The notes under the pieces are model-generated. The model searched no databases and was not told where the DNA came from. It saw only the letters and a program-made list of their open reading frames with translations. From positions 1-28,331 of the forward strand of contig JBEKKX010000032.1 of assembly GCA_050010515.1 (NCBI GenBank): a stretch of DNA of 28,331 bases. Direction: 5' to 3'. Within the stretch, counting starts at the first letter, position 1. Each line of letters opens with the position of its first letter. The stretch comes from Candidatus Bathyarchaeia archaeon (GTDB lineage Archaea; Thermoproteota; Bathyarchaeia; Bathyarchaeales; Bathycorpusculaceae). Of the stretch, positions 9,193 through 17,230 are shown piece by piece. The position numbers were made by a program, and so were the translations under genes.

Positions 9193-10335
9193 TTAGATAT
9201 CTTTCTCATACTTAATTGCATCTTTCAGAAAAGCCACAGCATGCTGCTTCTTAACGTGAGGCATCACAACAATTCTGATGCAGTCATAACGTGGCACGTA
9301 AGAGACAAACCAGCCGCTTTCCCAAAGCTTTTCTGCCAAACGCTTCGTGCCCTTGTCGCTGCGGAAAGCCACTATGTTCAGCGTTGGCTCCACAACAAGT
9401 TTAAAACCAGCCTCGCTTAGCCCATCAGCGAGCAGCTGGGTAGTTTTCATGCATTTGCCCACCACTTTTTTGAATCCGGTCATGCCGAGAGATCTGAAAA
9501 CTGCCCATGCCGAAGCTGCGGAAGCGCCTGTTCTTGTTCCAACAAAGGTGTACTGGTACTGGTCGGTTAAGTAAGGCGTTTCAGTTTTGATAAAATCTGG
9601 GGCTTTGCTGTCTTTAAAAATGATTCCTCCAGCGGGGATTGCCGCCATACCCATTTTGTGCGGGTCAATCGTCATAGACTTCACAGCGTCTAAAGTGAAA
9701 TCAAATTTGTATTTGGCGTTTTTGAGAAACGGGATAACTAAGCCGCCGAAGGCTGCATCAACATGCAACCAAACATCATGCTTCAAAGCAATATGAGACA
9801 ACTCCTCGATGGGGTCGACAGCGCCCAGTTCAGCTGTTCCAGCCGTGCCAACTATGGCTACCGTGTTCTTGCTGACGCATTTTTCAACCAACGAAGAATC
9901 AACTCTAAAAGAACTATCTAAACCTGCATAGACTGGCTTCAGATTCAACAGGTTGCAGATTTTAGTGAAAGAGAAATGAGCAGATTCTGGCAAAATCACT
10001 TCAGGTTGACTGACTTGCGCCATGTTTCTTGCGGCTAAGAGCGCCATCAAATTCGCTTCTGTTCCACCCGAGACAAGATGGCCAACGCAGTTTTCACCAT
10101 GAAGAAGCGTTGCCAATTGGCTTATGACTTCTTTTTCAAGTTGGGCGCTTCCAGGAAAGAGCCTTGGGTCACCTAGATTGGAGCTTAAAAAAAGTTGATA
10201 AGCCTTTTCTGCTATTGGATGGGGTTTTGTGCACATTGAACACAAAATTTTCCCGTTATCATACTGCTGGTCTTGTTCATGGATTCTTTTGAGTTCAGCC
10301 AGCACCTTTTTTTTACTTAATCCCTTAGCATGCAA
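9193..10335 (-). CDS. mfnA: L-tyrosine/L-aspartate decarboxylase (PLP-dependent, group II)
   Basis: ILCSMCT, NLGDP, SGGTEAN, HVDAAFGG and IDPHKMG (PLP lysine) motifs. Confidence 0.95.
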   Translation of the reverse strand: MHAKGLSKKKVLAELKRIHEQDQQYDNGKILCSMCTKPHPIAEKAYQLFLSSNLGDPRLFPGSAQLEKEVISQLATLLHGENCVGHLVSGGTEANLMALLAARNMAQVSQPEVILPESAHFSFTKICNLLNLKPVYAGLDSSFRVDSSLVEKCVSKNTVAIVGTAGTAELGAVDPIEELSHIALKHDVWLHVDAAFGGLVIPFLKNAKYKFDFTLDAVKSMTIDPHKMGMAAIPAGGIIFKDSKAPDFIKTETPYLTDQYQYTFVGTRTGASAASAWAVFRSLGMTGFKKVVGKCMKTTQLLADGLSEAGFKLVVEPTLNIVAFRSDKGTKRLAEKLWESGWFVSYVPRYDCIRIVVMPHVKKQHAVAFLKDAIKYEKDI

Positions 10336-10338
10336 TGG

Positions 10339-11079
10339 TTAAGCCCTCTTTGTGTTGGCTTGATTTTCCGCTTGCTTAACTGTTTCAACCAGTTCTTGTA
10401 CAAGTTTTCTGGTGATTTGACCACTAACTCTGTCGCTGTTTGTGCAGGCCGCCCCGCGTAAACCTGCCACATCAGCACCTAAACCATACACCATAGGCAA
10501 GTCTTGTTTTCTCAACGAACCTGCCAGCGCTGCTTCCAAGCCCAGCTTATGCGCTTCGTCTACGAATTTTTCAAGTTGCTTGACGGCTAAGAAATTGAAG
10601 AGGTTTTTGCCGTCTTTAACGGCTGTGTCAATCATTGCTAAGTCTACTTGAGCCTTAGAAGCTATTTCGGGAATGAGCATTGGGTCTAATGTGCTTATTC
10701 TTTCTGCATCAGCGTAGCCAGTGGCAACCACTTTGATTTTAGGGTTGCATTCTTTGGCTGCTTTGTTGACGTTCTGCAACAAAAAGACGGCTTCTCTGGG
10801 GGTTTTGAATCCGTAAAGCCCCACTTTAATATAATCAACACCAAGCGATGCTGCACCCAACGCAGCCAATGATATGGATCCTGGAAGGTTCGGAACATCC
10901 CCCAATGTGCAGCTCACTTGGATCTTTCTCGGCGCAATTTCCCTTATTCGCTTAATAACCCATGGAAAATTCGCGCCTAACGCGCCCTCTTGAGGGTTCT
11001 TGACATCTATTATGTCGGCGCCTCCAGCGATGGCTTCAGAGGCTTCTTTTTCATTCATGGGGCTTATGAGTAGCTTCAA
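10339..11079 (-). CDS. mfnB: (5-formylfuran-3-yl)methyl phosphate synthase (DUF556)
   Basis: LLISP, DIIDVKNPQEGALGANFPW, YIKVGL, MIDTAVKDG, ALAGSL and GLRGAAC motifs. Confidence 0.95.
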   Translation of the reverse strand: MKLLISPMNEKEASEAIAGGADIIDVKNPQEGALGANFPWVIKRIREIAPRKIQVSCTLGDVPNLPGSISLAALGAASLGVDYIKVGLYGFKTPREAVFLLQNVNKAAKECNPKIKVVATGYADAERISTLDPMLIPEIASKAQVDLAMIDTAVKDGKNLFNFLAVKQLEKFVDEAHKLGLEAALAGSLRKQDLPMVYGLGADVAGLRGAACTNSDRVSGQITRKLVQELVETVKQAENQANTKRA

Positions 11080-11185
11080 TTAGCATCCTTATTGATGCGC
11101 ATTGATGATGCCTTTAAAAGTTTTGCTATAACAACGGTTAGGTTTTTCTATACGTTGAGAATCAATTCACGGGTGGCTGAAGAAC

Positions 11186-11917
11186 TTGAAGGTTATACCT
11201 GTAATTGACATTTTAAACGGCACAGTGGTTCATGCTGTCCGAGGAAAAAGGCAAGAGTATCAACCGCTCCAAAGCATTCTGTGTAAGTCGGTTGAGCCAT
11301 TGGAAGTGGCTAAAGCATTTAAAACGCTTGGATTTGGTGGACTGTACATTGCTGATTTAGACGCAATTACCAGTGGCTCCGTGAATTTTCAGGTTTTCAA
11401 ACGTATCGCCAAGGAAACTGGGCTTAAGTTGATTGTTGATGCTGGAGTATCTGACCTCGGAACAGCGGAGAAATTGCTGGATTGCGGAGTTTTCAAAGTT
11501 GTTATTGGAACCGAAACGCTGCAAAATAAAAGTTTTGTGGATGAAGCGGTCAGGCTTTTTGGAAGCGAACGCATCATTATTAGCTTGGACTTGATGGATG
11601 AAAAAGTCTTAGTTCGATCGGGGTTTGATGGCTCCAAGAATCCTATGCGCCTTCTGCGTGAGTTTAAGGAAATGGGTGTTTCAAGAGTCATTGTTTTAGA
11701 TTTGGCGCGTGTTGGTAGCGATGAAGGAGTTAACGATATTTTTCTCAAGAAAGTGCTTAAGGCAATGACTATGGACGTTTGCGTCGGCGGCGGCGTCAGA
11801 GACCTTGAGGATTTGGTCGAGTTGAAGGATTTAGGCGTGTCAGGCGTGTTGGTGGCTACTGCTTTGCATTCGGGCAAAATTTCTATCAAAGAGTTAAAGA
11901 ACGCAGGATTGCTTTAG
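11186..11917 (+). CDS. HisA/HisF-related TIM-barrel protein (C1-cofactor-cluster type)
   Basis: VIPVIDILNGTVVHAVRGKRQEYQP, LYIADLDAI, LDLARVGS and VGGGVR motifs; divergent from mfnB. Confidence 0.85.
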   Translation: MKVIPVIDILNGTVVHAVRGKRQEYQPLQSILCKSVEPLEVAKAFKTLGFGGLYIADLDAITSGSVNFQVFKRIAKETGLKLIVDAGVSDLGTAEKLLDCGVFKVVIGTETLQNKSFVDEAVRLFGSERIIISLDLMDEKVLVRSGFDGSKNPMRLLREFKEMGVSRVIVLDLARVGSDEGVNDIFLKKVLKAMTMDVCVGGGVRDLEDLVELKDLGVSGVLVATALHSGKISIKELKNAGLL

Positions 11918-11932
11918 ACGCCGCTTAATGTT

Positions 11933-12655
11933 CTAATCTATTTTTGCTAAGCATACGAGACCGCCAAGCTGTGTGAGGCGTATGCCCGCGGTTGATTCAG
12001 CGTTTATTACTCTTGTTTTAACGCTTCTGTTTTTGGAGATCTGCAATAGCCTGTGGACTCTGTTCTTTTGGCGGCTGTTTGAAAGATAATTATCCGTGAG
12101 TAACAGGTATTCAGGCTTTGGTTTTCCTGCTGCTTGTTTGCCAAGAATGAGGTTTTCTGCTTCTTCAACCGAAAAAAGCACAAGATTATCCGCTGTATTG
12201 AGGCGTTTCTCCAAGATTTCAAGCAGATTTTCCATTTCCTCAGAAGCTGTTTCTTGAATTAACTGTTTGAACAATGACGTTTTTGTTAAGGCTGCTACTT
12301 GCGGTGGCGTGCTCGCTGAGCCTGTTATCGTCGAGAACGTTGCTCTGTTTTCTCCTTGAATAAGCCACGAATGATGCGCTTTGATGTGGTTTTGGAATTC
12401 TTGTGCGTAATTGGTTTTTGCTGAAGAAGCTATTATTATGCTTCTTACGCCTTCTTTCAACGTTGGCCTTAAAGCGTTTACGATGGATTCATGAAAGTTG
12501 TATACGGCTTTAGAGTCGCTTCTGTTACCGTTTAAGGGTATGGTTTGTTGGTGTTTAGCTACTTGGCTGAAAACTTGCCATAAAGCAGCATTATCATTTT
12601 CTATTCCTGCTAAAATCGCAACAGGATACCCACGTCTATAAGCTTTCGGCGTCAT
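11933..12655 (-). CDS. pelota/eRF1-like protein with only middle and C-terminal domains
   Basis: RNase H-like middle domain (VAILAGIENDNAAL...SIIIAS) and L7Ae-like C-terminus (YLLLTD...AGIRLTQLGGLVCL); start at 12655 or 12682. Confidence 0.65.
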   Translation of the reverse strand: MTPKAYRRGYPVAILAGIENDNAALWQVFSQVAKHQQTIPLNGNRSDSKAVYNFHESIVNALRPTLKEGVRSIIIASSAKTNYAQEFQNHIKAHHSWLIQGENRATFSTITGSASTPPQVAALTKTSLFKQLIQETASEEMENLLEILEKRLNTADNLVLFSVEEAENLILGKQAAGKPKPEYLLLTDNYLSNSRQKNRVHRLLQISKNRSVKTRVINAESTAGIRLTQLGGLVCLAKID

Positions 12656-12771
12656 CGTTCTTTCCTTTATTTCATTTGACATTTGAGTTATTTAGGCTTC
12701 CTTTACATTACAGTTTCTATACGATTAAGTTAAAACGGCATGTTTATGAACAGCGTAAAACCGATTTAACT

Positions 12772-13113
12772 ATGAGAAGCATGATTGAAGTTGACAGCAA
12801 ACAAGATCTAAACATCCAGCTAAAGACGAATGAAAAAGTTCTTGCTTTATTTTACGCTTCATGGTGCCCTTACTGTATACGTTTTGTCCCTGTTTTTGAT
12901 AAAAAAATGGTTAACTTCAGCGTTGGAAGCATTATCCACGTTCTCTTAGACGACTATGACAATCCATTATGGGATGAATATTCTATAGAGGCAGTCCCAA
13001 CCGTCATATTTTTTGATAAAGGCAAAGTTTGCAGGCGGCTTGACGGAGAATTAGGCGTGGGCTTGAATGAAAAACAACTCAAGGCTTGGCTGGAAGAGTT
13101 TAAGGTCTTATAA
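12772..13113 (+). CDS. thioredoxin family protein
   Basis: FYASWCPYC active site and the cis-Pro segment IEAVPT; true start likely 12772 or 12781 rather than 12676. Confidence 0.9.
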   Translation: MRSMIEVDSKQDLNIQLKTNEKVLALFYASWCPYCIRFVPVFDKKMVNFSVGSIIHVLLDDYDNPLWDEYSIEAVPTVIFFDKGKVCRRLDGELGVGLNEKQLKAWLEEFKVL

Positions 13114-13344
13114 CTTAAGCGATAATAGTGTGCAAGCCATCAAGCGTTTTGTGCAAAAGCTACATGGTTACTTGAAAAACTATTTTAAAAGAAAAAAAAG
13201 AAAGGGGAATTGCGCTTTATTTTCAAATCAATTTACTGCAAATTACGGCTTAATGCCAGAATTTCGCTTTTTAAAAACAATGCTTATATCATATCATCTG
13301 CTTGAATAGTACAGAAATAATTATGAGAGAGAGTTCTTCAATTT

Positions 13345-13686
13345 ATGGAATTTTGTCCAGAATGCGGTTGCCGGCTTGAACCTAAAAAAACTGAAGGCTC
13401 CGTAGTGCTCGCGTGCTCAAAATGCAGCTACGTTAAGCAGGCTGCGAACAATAGGGCTCAGGCTAAGGTGGTTAAGGTTATTCAACCTACATCTCAGCCA
13501 TTTTTGACTGTTATAAGCGAAGAAGAACAAAAAATCAAGACAATGCCAACGATTCATATGAAATGCGAGAAATGCGATAACAATATGGTTTATGTTTGGC
13601 AAGTGCAGACTCGAGGCGGCGATGAAGCATCAACCCAATTTATGCGTTGCACAAAGTGTGGTCACACCTTCAGGGAATACACTTAA
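13345..13686 (+). CDS. tfs: transcription factor S (RpoM/TFS family)
   Basis: MEFCPECG N-terminal ribbon; C-terminal ribbon with QTRGGDE acidic hairpin and CTKCGHTFRE. Confidence 0.95.
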   Translation: MEFCPECGCRLEPKKTEGSVVLACSKCSYVKQAANNRAQAKVVKVIQPTSQPFLTVISEEEQKIKTMPTIHMKCEKCDNNMVYVWQVQTRGGDEASTQFMRCTKCGHTFREYT

Positions 13687-13753
13687 GTTAGCTTGTTTTT
13701 AGAAAGTTATTAAAGCAGTAATCATCATAAACTTACACTCGGAGAAAGCCCGA

Positions 13754-13840
13754 ATGAAAAAAGAAAAACCATTAACTAAAAAAGAAAGAGACGCGAAAAG
13801 AAAGGCACGTAAAGAAAAGGAAAGCAAAACACAGAAATAG
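13754..13840 (+). CDS. 28-aa Lys/Arg-rich peptide (not in ORF track)
   Basis: MKKEKPLTKKERDAKRKARKEKESKTQK; GGAG at 13741, BRE/TATA-like GAAAGTTATTAAA upstream and T-rich tract downstream. Confidence 0.55.
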   Translation: MKKEKPLTKKERDAKRKARKEKESKTQK

Positions 13841-14059
13841 AAATTTTAGCCTAAAAGCTCCTAATTCACCATTTATTGTTTTTATAGTCTATTTTATCTT
13901 TCCTTGTTGAAATATTTTTAGAGCATAATTAATGAAAGCAGAAAAAAATTGAATATAGAAAGTGTGTATCGTTATTCTGGGACCTGCATTAGAACTTTCT
14001 CGCTAACGTTTTTGGTGTTTTTCAACGTAAGGGTTGTTGAAACAACTTGAAGAGACAGT

Positions 14060-16009
14060 TTAAGGTGGATTAATTATTCTTGTGTTGTATTCTTGCAGAT
14101 AAGCTAAGTGATCGGCGTCGTAGGGGTAACTTTCGTTTGATGGGTATGGAAAGCTTGTCATTGCTTGAAATGGAAGTGGGTTGACCGTGAACGGGACGTA
14201 GGGCAAGCCTTCGCCTTTGAACCAGCAGCTGGCGATGATAAAGTAGTCTCTTACCCAGCCTTTTGGAACAGGCGGTAGGTTTGCGGAAAATTGCAGTGAA
14301 ACCTCGTCTCCTTCTCGTCCGATGACAAACTTGTCGTCGGCAGACTGCAGCAACGGCGTAACGTCGCCGTACTTTGTGAAAGCTCCGCTGGAGTTCGAGT
14401 TTACGACGAATGCTTGCTCCAAATCAGCGGATGAGAGCGTTAGGGTGTGAACAATTACGTTCTGCTGGGGTGTCGTGCTGATGCCTATGTAATCGAACTG
14501 AATATCTTGGTAGTAGTTAATTTTTAATTCGTAATTGTTAGTTGGAAAGAGGCCTGTTAAGTTGACGTCAAATTCACTGTCCGTTACATGAGGTATCGGA
14601 AACTCTCGGTCGGCAGGGACATTAACCCAGCTTCCGTTTGGCGCCATTACTTGCATGTAGGGCGGCGGGGAAGGCGTTACTCCTGGTTGGCTGGCATACG
14701 ATAGGAAGTTTTCGCCTCCAGCTTGGGTGGTTGGCCAAGTAATTTTGGCTGCGACTACCATGTTGATTTCTTTTGCACCGGTTAGGTTGCCTAGATTAAG
14801 CGTCAGGCTTTGCCAGTTCCATATGGTTCCAGTTGTGAACTTTCCGTCCAGCTTGGAGATTAATGGCAGAACATTTTGTCCTGTTCCATTTACCGCGGAA
14901 ACTGGTGTAGCTAAGTTGCCGCTTACCGTGTAAATTGTTCCTTGACCTGCAAGATTGTATATGAAAGTGCTCGCGGTAGAGAACACATTTACGTTTGCGG
15001 GATGGTCTACAGCGATCATTTTGACTGAGTCGAGGTAGAAGATTTCGTCGGACAGTTCAGCGATTTTAAAGTTGTAAAATCCGTTGAGTGGCTGCAGTTG
15101 AGTTGAGTCCAATTTTATGTAGTCATATGGGTAGTTGTAAGAGAAAACCATAGAGCCATCAGGTTGAAAATACTCCAAGTAGCCTAGCCAGCCTGTGCCG
15201 TCATTGACTTCTCCAACGTAACTATAGCCCGTTCCGTTCCAGACTTCCAAGGAGGGACATGAACCTTGCCTAACATAATTTGTCACCGCGTAAGTCTCAC
15301 CCTGCACGTTAATCGTTTGAGTAAGGCTAGTACTTCCGCTGTTCCAGCTCGAAAAGTCGTATGAAACAAGACCCCAACCGGCAACTGTAATTTTGGCTAC
15401 AGCTGGAACAGTGATTGTATGCGGTCCAGCAGTTACCAGTCCAGAGAATGGAGAAACTTCAGGCACACCGTCCAAAGTGAAGGGAAACCCGCCTTCAGTG
15501 GAAATATAGTGCAATGTATATTCGCCTGTTGGAACGATGTTAATTGTACTGCTTTGCCCTCCGGCAGTTAACTGGTAAGTTCCAATGCTGCTCTCATTGA
15601 ATGCCGCCGTTACGGTTTCAGAAGCTCCTGCTGCAAGTTGCACCTCGACAGTTTGGTTAACTACACCGTTCACTGAGAAGGGCAGCAAATAACTGATGCT
15701 TTCGTTTCCTGTGTTGCTTACATCCAAGGAAGCGTTGACCAGTTGCCCGGGCCAGGCCTCAGTTGGCTCTACGTCTAAATTGGAGTATTTTAATGCAGCT
15801 GGCGCAGTGGAGGGCATGGGCGAAGGAGAAGGTGACGGCGAAGGGGAAGGCGACGGCGAAGGAGTCGGCTGCGCCGGCATAAGCTGACTTTGATAGAAAT
15901 AGTTAACCGCTACCAGTGCGCCAAATACTACTACAGTGAGGAGAATGATTGCTTGCAGTTTGCTAACTGCTGAGCGTGAAAGTGTTAATTTATTCATTAA
16001 GCTTAACAT
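14060..16009 (-). CDS. secreted/surface protein: class III-like signal, Pro-Ser linker, CARDB/Ig-like domain, large uncharacterised C-terminal domain
   Basis: RSA/VS followed by a hydrophobic helix; (SP)n linker; VSNTG...L.AG.S..V Ig-like motif; C-terminal SCP.L.VWNG ... WVRDY ... PLPF.AM..FPY ... YNTR. Confidence 0.85.
   Translation of the reverse strand: MLSLMNKLTLSRSAVSKLQAIILLTVVVFGALVAVNYFYQSQLMPAQPTPSPSPSPSPSPSPSPMPSTAPAALKYSNLDVEPTEAWPGQLVNASLDVSNTGNESISYLLPFSVNGVVNQTVEVQLAAGASETVTAAFNESSIGTYQLTAGGQSSTINIVPTGEYTLHYISTEGGFPFTLDGVPEVSPFSGLVTAGPHTITVPAVAKITVAGWGLVSYDFSSWNSGSTSLTQTINVQGETYAVTNYVRQGSCPSLEVWNGTGYSYVGEVNDGTGWLGYLEYFQPDGSMVFSYNYPYDYIKLDSTQLQPLNGFYNFKIAELSDEIFYLDSVKMIAVDHPANVNVFSTASTFIYNLAGQGTIYTVSGNLATPVSAVNGTGQNVLPLISKLDGKFTTGTIWNWQSLTLNLGNLTGAKEINMVVAAKITWPTTQAGGENFLSYASQPGVTPSPPPYMQVMAPNGSWVNVPADREFPIPHVTDSEFDVNLTGLFPTNNYELKINYYQDIQFDYIGISTTPQQNVIVHTLTLSSADLEQAFVVNSNSSGAFTKYGDVTPLLQSADDKFVIGREGDEVSLQFSANLPPVPKGWVRDYFIIASCWFKGEGLPYVPFTVNPLPFQAMTSFPYPSNESYPYDADHLAYLQEYNTRIINPP
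15810..15868 (-). repeat. Pro-Ser low-complexity coding repeat
   Basis: Degenerate 6-nt repeats encoding PTPSPSPSPSPSPSPMPS. Confidence 0.85.
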
Positions 16010-16459
16010 TAGTAATAAGCGCTACTTTTAAAATTTCTTTTTTTTCCAGAAAGCTGATACTCCTCGAGAGAGATACCTGCAATTTTTGACGAGGAATCTT
16101 CATCAATAGTGTGCCTGCCCTGCCGGTACCTCATTTTCGACTGAGAAATTCGCGAACAAAAATGAGCTACCCTCCCTTCTCTTTTTAGTCTAGTTTCATT
16201 AGCTAAATTGACCTACCCTACGCCCTTCTTGTCTTTTTGTTAACTTATTTTTCGAGCAAAAAGAGTACCCCTTTACTTATTGCTGAAAGCTGGTGATTGG
16301 AGTAGGAATTACTGAAAAAGGCTCGTATGTAACCTGCCTTCTGTTAGTGTTGCATTTGGTTAATCGGGGGCACCCATGTTTTTAGGCAGGCGATCTCATT
16401 GGCATACGCAGATATTTATGTTAGCTACCGATTTTAACAAGACTGCGAAAGTATTAATG

Positions 16460-16550
16460 GCGCCAATGAAGATAATTGCACGTTTGGATAAGGGTTTCAG
16501 CTACTGCTGTTTCCCAGAGATGACTTGAAATTTATTGCGTTCTGAGGCGC
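16460..16550 (+). ncRNA. box C/D guide sRNA candidate A
   Basis: Terminal stem GCGCC/GGCGC; box C ATGAAGA 16466-16472; degenerate D' TGGA 16485-16488; internal hairpin GGG..CAGC/GCTG..CCC; C' ATGACTT; box D CTGA 16542-16545. Confidence 0.7.
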
Positions 16551-16553
16551 TTC

Positions 16554-16733
16554 GTGTCTTTGGCATTTAGGTCTTCTATTGTCGTGGTTTCAACAGGACC
16601 GAAATATACGTTTGTGGCTGCTACCTACCGTGGGTCACCTTTTAATCCAATAGCTGAGATGAAGGGGCTTGGAAAAGGCGTTTTCGGAGACCCCGTCAAG
16701 TACCTGAAAAAAATCCGAGAAGAATCTTTTTAA
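16554..16733 (+). CDS. small hypothetical protein with antitoxin-like C-terminus (59 aa, not in ORF track)
   Basis: GTG start after GAGG; MSLAFRSSIVVVSTGPKYTFVAATYRGSPFNPIAEMKGLGKGVFGDPVKYLKKIREESF; the tail resembles VapB-type antitoxin C-termini. Confidence 0.55.
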   Translation: MSLAFRSSIVVVSTGPKYTFVAATYRGSPFNPIAEMKGLGKGVFGDPVKYLKKIREESF

Positions 16734-16861
16734 TACAAATCAACGAAAACTATGGCGATTTATTCAGGAATTAATTGTTGGTTTATAAGCGGCTTAGTTG
16801 CTGTTTAATATGGCTTGTAAGAAGCGATTTTTGCAAAGCCAATAGGAGAAGGTTGAGCTTG

Positions 16862-16996
16862 ATGTTGGATAACAAAATCATATTTGGAGAAACGTATAAA
16901 TGCAGAATTTGTCCAGCGAAATTCCGTAATCCTGAAGAGTTAAGAATCCACAGGATTGTTAACCATAAGGGCCACATGCTCATCATCAAACGTTAA
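16862..16996 (+). CDS. small C2H2 zinc-finger protein
   Basis: YKCRICPAKFRNPEELRIHRIVNH fits C-x2-C-x3-F-x5-L-x2-H-x4-H; likely start ATG 16862. Confidence 0.75.
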   Translation: MLDNKIIFGETYKCRICPAKFRNPEELRIHRIVNHKGHMLIIKR

Positions 16997-17082
16997 CCAC
17001 AGGATTATTATTCTAATTGAAAATGATGAACCGTTTCACAAAGCTGATTCTCTTTTTTGTCCGATTTATTTATCGTTTTATA

Positions 17083-17163
17083 GTGCCTATGATGATAAAC
17101 ACGTCAGTCTGAAGCGGGATTAGTTCTCGAGATGATTTGCTTTAAATTTGACTTCTGAGGCGC
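17083..17163 (+). ncRNA. box C/D guide sRNA candidate B
   Basis: Terminal stem GTGCC/GGCGC; perfect box C ATGATGA 17089-17095; D' CTGA 17109-17112; internal hairpin CGGGA/TCTCG; C' ATGATTT 17132-17138; D CTGA 17155-17158. Confidence 0.85.
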
Positions 17164-17230
17164 GCTATTTTCTGTTTGCAATGAAAATGTTAATTAAGAG
17201 TCGCCTAAACGATATTGCTAACAGATTATT

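Noticed and set aside
1445-11889. Many short antisense or overlapping ORFs inside the MMPL, DUF429, mfn and HisA-like genes
   Set aside because: Shadow frames of well-supported genes, with no motifs.
12676-12771. N-terminal extension of thioredoxin in the ORF track
   Set aside because: It overlaps the divergent promoter region; the domain starts at ATG 12772 or 12781.
13067-13309. 80-aa ORF between thioredoxin and tfs
   Set aside because: Overlaps thioredoxin and spans AT-rich promoter DNA; no motif.
17031-17039. 9-nt complementarity of the mini C/D element to RNase P RNA (GUGAAACGG)
   Set aside because: The pairing does not extend up to box D as the D+5 rule requires; could be chance.
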